A stretch of 64,000 nucleotides of DNA, from the NCBI GenBank assembly GCA_964291405.2, contig OZ219926.1, positions 4,128,001 to 4,192,000 of the forward strand, written 5' to 3'. This DNA is from Thermodesulfobacteriota bacterium. Its GTDB lineage: Bacteria; Desulfobacterota; Binatia; Bin18. The position numbers and the translations under genes are program-made. Below, piece after piece: positions 57,343-64,000 of this stretch; positions within the stretch are counted from its first letter, which is position 1, and each line of letters starts with the position of its first letter. The notes beneath the pieces are model-generated. The model was not told the origin of the DNA and did not search any database. It saw nothing but the letters and a program-made list of their open reading frames with translations.

Positions 57343-58446
57343 ATGCTCAAGCCCATTATCTCTTCCGATTCGCATATTACCGAACCACCAGGCACCTATG
57401 TGGATCGCATTGACAAGAAGTACAGAGATACCGCGCCGCACATGATTCACGACGAGAAGAAGGGTGATCTATTCGTCATCAGCGGCATGAAGCAGCCGGT
57501 CCCCATGGGGCTGGTTGCCGCAGCCGGACAGAAGGCTGAAGACCTTGCCATGTTCGGTGCCAAGTTTGAGGACTTGCACCGGGGCGGCTGGGACCCGGAA
57601 GCACGTCTGGCCGACCAGGACCGGGACGGCGTGGCTGCCGAGGTGATCTATCCCACCGTGGGGATGCTGCTGTGTAATCACTCCGACTTTGACTACAAGA
57701 AGGCCTGCTTTGACGCCTATAACGAATGGATCGCGGAATACTGCTCCGCCCATCCGGACCGCCTGCTCGGCCTGGGCCAGACCGCCATGCGCTCGGTCGA
57801 TGAGGGCATAGACGATCTGCGCAAGATCAAAGAGCTGGGTCTGCGCGGGGTGATGATGCCGGGCAACCCCCAGGTGTCCGATTACGACGACCCGCTCTAT
57901 GACGTGTTCTGGCAGGCTGCCATCGATATGCAGATGCCGCTGAGTTTTCACATTCTCACCAGCCGGAGCGATGTGGTCGGTTCCTCTCCACGCGGGCCCA
58001 AGCTGAACGGCTTCCTGTCTATTATTCGGGGCAACCAGGACCTGATGGGGACGTTTATTCTGGGTGGCGTGTTTGAACGTAACCCCAAACTGAAAATCGT
58101 GTGTGTCGAAGCCGACGCCGGCTGGGTGCCGCACTACATGTACCGCATGGATCATGCCTACGATCGGCACCGCTACTGGCTGAAACCCGGCCAGGAACTG
58201 TCAAAGATGCCGAGCGAGTATTTCAGCGAGCATATCTACACGACCTTTCAGGACGACTGGGTGGCGTTCCGGATGAAAGATATGTGCAACCCGCGCCGTC
58301 TGATGTGGGCCAACGACTTCCCGCACAGCGACTCGACCTGGCCGTGGTCACAGGAACTCCTGAAGGAGCATACGGCGCATCTCACGGAAGAAGAGAAGAA
58401 CTGGATTCTTCACGACAACGTGGCCGAGCTGTATAACCTGGACTAA
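57343..58446 (+). CDS. Amidohydrolase_2 family protein
   Basis: SDSH..EP, YN.W..EYC, FH, E...GW.P, NDFPH.D. Confidence 0.92.
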   Translation: MLKPIISSDSHITEPPGTYVDRIDKKYRDTAPHMIHDEKKGDLFVISGMKQPVPMGLVAAAGQKAEDLAMFGAKFEDLHRGGWDPEARLADQDRDGVAAEVIYPTVGMLLCNHSDFDYKKACFDAYNEWIAEYCSAHPDRLLGLGQTAMRSVDEGIDDLRKIKELGLRGVMMPGNPQVSDYDDPLYDVFWQAAIDMQMPLSFHILTSRSDVVGSSPRGPKLNGFLSIIRGNQDLMGTFILGGVFERNPKLKIVCVEADAGWVPHYMYRMDHAYDRHRYWLKPGQELSKMPSEYFSEHIYTTFQDDWVAFRMKDMCNPRRLMWANDFPHSDSTWPWSQELLKEHTAHLTEEEKNWILHDNVAELYNLD

Positions 58447-58469
58447 AAGACTGGCGAGCGTACAAACCG

Positions 58470-58497
58470 GGGCGTCCAAAACGGACGCCCTTTTTTT
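58470..58497 (+). terminator. Rho-independent terminator
   Basis: GGGCGTCC-AAAAC-GGACGCCC followed by T7. Confidence 0.9.
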
Positions 58498-58536
58498 GTC
58501 GCCTTCCGGGGTCGGATCGTGGAGGGCAAGCCGCTC

Positions 58537-58800
58537 CTAGGCATCAACCTTCTCGGCCAGCCAGACTTTGATGGGCGACTGATACGGAACATCTCGCTTG
58601 TTGGCCGCGATCTTGATCCGCTCCAGCAGATCGACGGGTAACCTGAGGGAAATCGCTTTGGTGGACGGTTTGAGGTTGGGGAACCGGGCACGTTCGGCTC
58701 GACTCCAGTCCACATAATCGGTCGAATCGTGGCTTTCCCAAAAGACTCGCTCTTCCGCCTCACTCTTGAAGGGGGGAATGGATTTACGTTTCCTGCTCAT
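58537..58800 (-). CDS. BrnA-like (CopG/RHH) antitoxin
   Basis: P.FKSEAEER.FWE.HD, ISLRLP..LL..IK..A....VPYQS. Confidence 0.88.
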   Translation of the reverse strand: MSRKRKSIPPFKSEAEERVFWESHDSTDYVDWSRAERARFPNLKPSTKAISLRLPVDLLERIKIAANKRDVPYQSPIKVWLAEKVDA

Positions 58801-58860
58801 AACGGGTTCGCTCCTTACGGCTCATATCTCGGGCGGAGATGACGCGAATCAGTGTGTTTT
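58784..58860 (-). pseudogene. brnT: BrnT toxin C-terminal remnant
   Basis: Minus-strand TLIRVISARDMSRKERTRYEQET* overlapping the antitoxin start; in-frame stop just upstream and no start codon. Confidence 0.75.
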
Positions 58861-58960
58861 TAACATACTTGAGGAATCAAGGGAGTCTATAATGACCGGC
58901 GTCGAAAAGATGTGATACGGTCCAATCTCGACGTGCATTAACAAGTAGAGAGACACCGGC

Positions 58961-59542
58961 ATGGAGAACACAAAGGACGCGGGGAACAGACAGGAGCCTG
59001 AGGGCGTCATTGACCTCAGACAAGAGTTGATTGACCTGTATGCCAGCGAACAAATGCTGGCGTTCTTTGAGTTCACGCTTGAGCGCCCTGGAAACGAGGC
59101 GCTTTCCGGGCTGTGCCGCATTGCCCAGCCAAAGCCCCACCGCTCGACGCTACGCTATCTCTCCCTCATTTTTCTGGTTGACACCCATGACTCCGCAACC
59201 CGACTCGTCGTCCAGAAAGCCCTGGCCCGGCTTGAGGGCAACGCCCTGAAAACAGCCGTGCCCGGCATGACGGACGGCGCTATCATCTCAAGCCTGAATT
59301 CCAGCACCGAGAACTATATCGCCCAGACGGACCTGCTGCTGGAAAGCGCGGTGAACAAGGCATTCATCACGACCCAACTCATTCCTGCCATCGCCCGCAT
59401 CGCCCAGTTCCACCTGACTCACATTGAGTGGTGGGAGGAGAGCCGCAGTATGGCTTCCCCCCCAGCCGACACGCCATCCGCGCCGTCCTCCTTGCTGGCT
59501 ACGGTCCGGGACTGGTTTCGGCGAAGTACCGAGCGCCGCTAG
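58961..59542 (+). CDS. Hypothetical protein
   Basis: 193-aa ORF with plausible codon usage; no family recognised. Confidence 0.6.
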   Translation: MENTKDAGNRQEPEGVIDLRQELIDLYASEQMLAFFEFTLERPGNEALSGLCRIAQPKPHRSTLRYLSLIFLVDTHDSATRLVVQKALARLEGNALKTAVPGMTDGAIISSLNSSTENYIAQTDLLLESAVNKAFITTQLIPAIARIAQFHLTHIEWWEESRSMASPPADTPSAPSSLLATVRDWFRRSTERR

Positions 59543-59576
59543 TCAGGAAGCCTATTTTTTGTTCATAGGGATAACC

Positions 59577-59801
59577 ATGCTCGCCAAGCTCACGTCCAAA
59601 AATCAACTGACCCTCCCGAAAGCAGTGTTGTCCGATTTCAAAGGCATCGAGTATTTTGAGGTGACTGAGGAGAACGGTCGTATCGTATTAACGCCTGTGC
59701 GTTTTTCACGGGCGGGTGCCGCGCGGGCCAAGCTAGCCGAACTCGGGCTATCTGAGGCTGGCATTGCTGAGGCAGTAGTGTGGTCGCGTCGTACCGGATG
59801 A
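59577..59801 (+). CDS. AbrB/MazE-type antitoxin
   Basis: MLAKLTSKNQLTLPK...G.IVLTP. Confidence 0.85.
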   Translation: MLAKLTSKNQLTLPKAVLSDFKGIEYFEVTEENGRIVLTPVRFSRAGAARAKLAELGLSEAGIAEAVVWSRRTG

Positions 59802-59819
59802 GCCCAGTCTCCACCTCTT

Positions 59820-60029
59820 ATGAGCAGCCGTATTCATAAACACAATAAAGGGCGTCGGTGGGACTATTGGGTCTGCGCTGCCTGTGACAGGCAGGTCCAC
59901 CGGTTCATGACGCTGTTCGCGTCCCGTCGTAAATACTGTTCCGACCGCTGTAAGGAGCTTGCAGCCGAGGCACGCGCCGAGGTCAAGAAGGCTGAGAAAG
60001 ACCGTCAAACCGGGAGGACGCTACATTGA
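59820..60029 (+). CDS. Small Zn-finger-like hypothetical protein
   Basis: CAAC-x16-YCSDRC treble-clef-like motif. Confidence 0.5.
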   Translation: MSSRIHKHNKGRRWDYWVCAACDRQVHRFMTLFASRRKYCSDRCKELAAEARAEVKKAEKDRQTGRTLH

Positions 60030-60053
60030 GGGCACCGTTGCCTCGTACCGCCT

Positions 60054-60093
60054 GTCCCCTCGCCCCTTGGGGGAGAGGGCTAGGGAGAGGGGC
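60054..60093. repeat. REP-like palindromic element
   Basis: TCCCCTCGCCCCTTGGGGGAGAGGGCTAGGGAGAGGGG, similar in style to family A. Confidence 0.55.
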
Positions 60094-60128
60094 AATTTCG
60101 AGATAAGCGCCACAGTCAGCGCTCTACG

Positions 60129-61451
60129 ATGAATCTTTTCCTCATTTTTCAGTACGGCCTTATCGGCGCGTTTGTCGCCCTGTTGGCGACTTTCCTGTTG
60201 GTCATGGTCTCCGACAGTGTGGAAGGGCATGTTTCCCACCTTTTGGGTTTATACACGAAAAACCCAATCCTGAAATTTCTCGGCATCGGCATGGGCGGCG
60301 TGCTGCTCGCTCTGCAAGCCTTGATGTCTTACAAACGGGCCAAGGCACTGGAGGACACCGCGAACGCCCAGGCTGAAGCAGCGAAGGCACAGGCCAAGGC
60401 CACGGAGGAACAGGCAAAGGCCAACGAGAATACCGAACAGGGGCAGCGGCAGGAACGCCTGAAAAACGCCATAGAGCATCTTGGACACGCCTCGGACTCC
60501 GTGCGTTTGGGCGGGGCTTATGAACTGTTCCATCTGGCGCAAGATACGAAAGACTTGCGTCAGACTGTCCTGGACATTCTCTGCGCCCATATCCGACGGA
60601 CGACGGGCGAGGCTGCGTATCGGGAAAAGTATAAGTTCGAACCTTCAGAAGAAGTCCAAAGCTTATTGACCCTGCTGTTCGTGCAGGAGCGTGAAATCTT
60701 CAAAGGTCTCCGTATCAACCTGAAGGGAAGCTGGCTGAATGGGGCTGATCTCAGAGAAGCACGTTTAGCCAGAGCCATTCTGACCAATGCGTATCTGCAA
60801 AGAGCCCTGCTTCAAGGGGCGCACCTGCAAAGGACCGGCCTTGCCGTGGCGCACCTAGAAGAAGCAGTTCTCACCAAGGCTTGGCTACACGGAGCCGATC
60901 TTCTTGAGACATACATGCAAGGAGCTGCTCTTCAATCTGTGCGGTTGTATGGAGCTGATCTTCGTGGGGTGAAAATGCAAGGAGCTTATCTACCCGACGC
61001 GCATCTGCAGGGAGCCTTTCTTCAGTCTGTGTCGCTGGAGGGGGCGACCCTTTCGAGGGCCCGTCTACAAGGAACTGGTATTTCCTTCATATATCTGCAA
61101 GGAGCCTCTCTTAATGAGGCGAAGCTGCACGGGGCAGGAACTGATAATTGGTCTTCTTCGATGCCTTTTGCAGAGCGCATCAAGAGGTCAATTGGCAAAG
61201 AAAGTAATCTGTCGAGCGTATTTTTTGGAGGTATAGGCCGGGGAGGTGTAGACCTCCTTGTCGAAGGCTTGTCTGATAAAAAAGCAAGAATACTTCGAGA
61301 GATACTGAGGCCACATATTGACCAGCCAGTAAGCCACGAATTACCGGAAAATAGCGGTGCCATCACCGGAGCCTACACAGCCAAAGAAGCAGAACAATGG
61401 ATTGCCGAATACAACGAAGCCATGTCAGAAGTACCTGAGGGCGATAGCTGA
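60129..61451 (+). CDS. Membrane-anchored pentapeptide repeat protein
   Basis: Two N-terminal TMs, A..LG....VR.GG.Y.L helical domain, long A.L..A.L repeats. Confidence 0.9.
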   Translation: MNLFLIFQYGLIGAFVALLATFLLVMVSDSVEGHVSHLLGLYTKNPILKFLGIGMGGVLLALQALMSYKRAKALEDTANAQAEAAKAQAKATEEQAKANENTEQGQRQERLKNAIEHLGHASDSVRLGGAYELFHLAQDTKDLRQTVLDILCAHIRRTTGEAAYREKYKFEPSEEVQSLLTLLFVQEREIFKGLRINLKGSWLNGADLREARLARAILTNAYLQRALLQGAHLQRTGLAVAHLEEAVLTKAWLHGADLLETYMQGAALQSVRLYGADLRGVKMQGAYLPDAHLQGAFLQSVSLEGATLSRARLQGTGISFIYLQGASLNEAKLHGAGTDNWSSSMPFAERIKRSIGKESNLSSVFFGGIGRGGVDLLVEGLSDKKARILREILRPHIDQPVSHELPENSGAITGAYTAKEAEQWIAEYNEAMSEVPEGDS

Positions 61452-62986
61452 TGCCCACCCTCCACTGGCTCACCCGAGACAAAGACCTCCGCACCGCCTC
61501 CTGCGTGCCGTATCGGCTGTTGGAAGAAGCGCCTGACCTGTCGGCAGGGGAACCGGACACGAGCAATATCCTGATTCAGGGCGACAACCTGGAAGCGCTC
61601 AAGGCGTTGCTGCCGTTCTACGCCGGGCGGGTGAAGTGCATCTATATCGACCCGCCGTACAACACGCACTCCGCCTTCGAGCATTACGACGACAGCCTCG
61701 AACACACGCAATGGCTGGCGATGATGTGGCCACGCCTCGAATTATTGAGAGAGTTCATGACGGATGAAGGGTCAATCTGGATCAATATTGACGATGACGA
61801 GGGACACTATCTCAAGATCATTGCTGACGAAATCTATGGCCGAAGAAATTTCATCGTTAACTGTCTTTGGCAAAAGAGAACGTCGCCCGACGGAAGGATA
61901 AATATGGGCGATGCTCATGACCATATCTTTGTCTATGGCAGTCAGACGACAAGAGACAGTTTCAACAACCTGGCATTAACGGAGGAACAGCGGAGTTTGT
62001 ACAAGAACCCTGATAACGACTTACGTGGCCCGTGGGTTTCTACGGACTTCACTGCTCAGGGTTGGCGGCCGAATCAGATGTATGAAATCGTCACTCCCGC
62101 CGGCGTGCGATATTCTCCACCAGAGGGCCGGTGTTGGGCTAATGTCGAAGAGAATTTTACCCGTCTGCGTAATCAAGGGCGGATATGGTTTGGAAAGGAT
62201 GGCAGCTCTCGGCCACGTGTAAAAAACTATCTGTCGGAGGCAGAAGGGGTGAAATCCTGGAGTTGGTGGGCCAACAGAGAAGTTGGTCATAATCAGGAAG
62301 CCAAGAAAGAAATCAACGCTCTGTTTGGGGCATTGAACGCCTTCGACACTCCAAAACCCGAACGTCTCATCCAACGTATTCTTCACATTGCCACCAACCC
62401 CGGCGACCTGATACTCGACTCCTTCCTCGGCTCCGGTACCACGGCGGCAGTCGCCCACAAGATGGGCAGGCGCTACATCGGCATTGAGATGGGCGAGCAC
62501 GCGGTGACGCATTGCGTACCCCGCTTGCGAAAGGTCATTGACGGCGAGCAGGGCGGCATCTCAAAAAGTGTCGGTTGGCAGGGTGGGGGCGGGTTCCGTT
62601 TCTACCGGCTCGGGCCACCGGTGTTTGATGAGGAGGGACAGATTCGAGCGGACATTCGCTTTCCGGTGCTGGCTGCCCATGTCTGGTTCAGCGAGACCGG
62701 GCGTCCGTGGAATGGGAGCGGGGATTCGCCCTTCCTGGGTCTGCACGACGGCCACGCCTATGCGCTGCTGTACAACGGCATCCTGGGCGATAGGCGCCCG
62801 AATGGTGGCAACGTGCTGACACGGGCCACACTTGCTACGATTCGGGAAGAGATTGCGCGCAAGCATGCGCGTTTCAACGGGCCGATGACGGTCTATGGCG
62901 AACAGTCGCGCCTGGCCTCTGCTACTTTGGAGCGGGACGGCATTACCTTCAAGCAAATGCCGTATGATGTGAAGGCAAGAACCTGA
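61451..62986 (+). CDS. mod: Type III R-M DNA adenine methyltransferase
   Basis: GDNL..LK.L, IYIDPPYN, TPKPE.L, DSFLGSGTT; res-like gene downstream. Confidence 0.92.
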   Translation: MPTLHWLTRDKDLRTASCVPYRLLEEAPDLSAGEPDTSNILIQGDNLEALKALLPFYAGRVKCIYIDPPYNTHSAFEHYDDSLEHTQWLAMMWPRLELLREFMTDEGSIWINIDDDEGHYLKIIADEIYGRRNFIVNCLWQKRTSPDGRINMGDAHDHIFVYGSQTTRDSFNNLALTEEQRSLYKNPDNDLRGPWVSTDFTAQGWRPNQMYEIVTPAGVRYSPPEGRCWANVEENFTRLRNQGRIWFGKDGSSRPRVKNYLSEAEGVKSWSWWANREVGHNQEAKKEINALFGALNAFDTPKPERLIQRILHIATNPGDLILDSFLGSGTTAAVAHKMGRRYIGIEMGEHAVTHCVPRLRKVIDGEQGGISKSVGWQGGGGFRFYRLGPPVFDEEGQIRADIRFPVLAAHVWFSETGRPWNGSGDSPFLGLHDGHAYALLYNGILGDRRPNGGNVLTRATLATIREEIARKHARFNGPMTVYGEQSRLASATLERDGITFKQMPYDVKART

Positions 62987-63054
62987 TTGGTTGACGAGCG
63001 TCAGGACAGTTTGTACCTGATTGTCAGATCATGACTCCACAGGAGGACAGAGGA

Positions 63055-63246
63055 ATGCAGCAGACCTTTCGAGTGAAAGCTGTGTGGGACGCTGAGGCAG
63101 AAGTGTTCTACTCTGAAAGCGATATCGAGGGCTTGCACATTGAGGCGGCTACCCTTCGACTCTGCTCAGGACAGGCCCTGGATGAATTTGAAGCAATCAT
63201 GCTGGACGCAGCGCCTGAACTCATCATGGTGAACCATCGTACTTGA
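63055..63246 (+). CDS. DUF1902 (HicB-like) protein with in-frame repeat insertion
   Basis: V.A.WD.EA.V....SDI.GL..EA.TL.E pattern interrupted by LRLCSGQA. Confidence 0.7.
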   Translation: MQQTFRVKAVWDAEAEVFYSESDIEGLHIEAATLRLCSGQALDEFEAIMLDAAPELIMVNHRT

Positions 63247-63254
63247 GAGGGCAG

Positions 63255-63366
63255 GTCCTTCGACTTCGCTTGCGCTACGCTCAGGACGAATGGGTGCTTA
63301 GGACCGCCGGTCATGCTGAGCGTAGCCCCGGAGGGGCGAAGTCGAAGCACGCTCAGGACGAACGTG
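63255..63366. repeat. Palindromic repeat cluster (family B), left of GIY-YIG
   Basis: CTTCGACTTCGC..CTACGCTCAGGACGAA and its inverse CTGAGCGTAG..GAAGTCGAAG. Confidence 0.85.
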
Positions 63367-63380
63367 TGGGCGAGGGTGCC

Positions 63381-63677
63381 ATGAGTTTCTGGGTCTACAT
63401 TTTACGCTGTGGAGACGGGTCCTATTACACCGGTCATACGGATGATCTTGAACGCCGTCTTCACCAACATCAGGCCGGGACTTTCGGGGGATACACTTCG
63501 TCCCGGAAACCATTATCCTTGGTCTATTCCTGTCCATTCCCGTCGAGGGAAGAGGCCATGCGAGCGGAACGGCAGATTAAAGGTTGGAGTCGAAAGAAGA
63601 AAGAGGCCATGCTGCGCGGAGACTGGACTGCGGTCAATCGGTTGTCTCGTGGGAAACATAGGCATCAACGGTCGTAA
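63381..63677 (+). CDS. Stand-alone GIY-YIG nuclease (YhbQ/UPF0213-like)
   Basis: WVYILRC.DGSYYTG.T.DL.RR..QH, A..E.QIKGWSR.KKEA. Confidence 0.92.
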   Translation: MSFWVYILRCGDGSYYTGHTDDLERRLHQHQAGTFGGYTSSRKPLSLVYSCPFPSREEAMRAERQIKGWSRKKKEAMLRGDWTAVNRLSRGKHRHQRS

Positions 63678-63679
63678 TG

Positions 63680-63903
63680 GTCCTTCGACTTCGCTGACGC
63701 TACGCTCAGGACGAACGGCGGGGAGACCGTCGGTCCTGAGCGTAAGGCGCACCGCGCCTGAAGTCGAAGGGCGCTCAGGACGAACGGAACAAAGGCTATT
63801 GGTCCTGAACACCCGCCATTCATGCTGAGCGTAGCCCCAGAGGGGCGGAGTCGAAGCACGCTCGGGATAGGCACAGCACAAGCGCAAGCGAAGGACGAAC
63901 GGG
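63680..63903. repeat. Palindromic repeat cluster (family B), right of GIY-YIG
   Basis: Several further direct and inverted copies of CTTCGACTTC../CGCTCAGGACGAACGG. Confidence 0.85.
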
Positions 63904-63921
63904 TCTGGAAGAAGACGAGTC

Positions 63922-64000
63922 ATGCAACTGAAGCAGTATCAGGCCGATGCGCTGGCCGTTCTGCGCCGCTTCTTTGAAGAAGCCCGCATGGCCGGGCCGA
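63922..64000 (+). CDS. res: Type III R-M restriction subunit (N-terminus only)
   Basis: MQLKQYQADALAVLRRFF Q-motif-like start downstream of mod; truncated by the edge. Confidence 0.7.
   Translation, partial: MQLKQYQADALAVLRRFFEEARMAGP

Noticed and set aside
61451-62986. Phase-variable mod (phasevarion)
   Set aside because: No simple-sequence repeat tract seen in or upstream of the gene
63255-63903. CRISPR array
   Set aside because: Repeats are in mixed orientation with irregular spacing and variable sequence, and no cas genes are present

Overview
High-GC bacterial chromosomal window. The paralog profile (four luciferase-like monooxygenases, two tandem-EthD proteins, MaoC and amidohydrolase_2 paralogs) resembles Binatia/Tectomicrobia-like lineages; this assignment is inference only. 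The centrepiece (14.5-28.2 kb) is a quinohemoprotein amine dehydrogenase (QHNDH, CTQ cofactor) locus with one maturation set (qhpG, qhpF, qhpE, qhpD) and two divergent structural sets (qhpA/C/B). Both alpha subunits appear to lack the distal His ligand of the second heme (Lys or Thr instead). Both gamma peptides carry Asp12->Asn and an extra Cys. A Tat-signal nitroreductase and a DUF4412-like protein are embedded in the locus, so this may be an uncharacterised CTQ-enzyme variant. Two genes split in the ORF track are very probably selenoproteins (exported DsbA-like UPYC; UGSC family), each with a near-identical SECIS-like hairpin. Also present: trpE(G) with a WWW leader-peptide attenuator, a frameshifted GNAT, a thiolase/DUF35/MaoC/CitE cluster followed by two di-iron enzymes and a symporter, a Mo-hydroxylase L-M-S, intact and decayed TA modules, and a type III R-M locus interrupted by a GIY-YIG gene wrapped in palindromic repeats. 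No rRNA, tRNA or CRISPR array was seen. Comparisons to reference proteins are from recalled sequences and were not computed.
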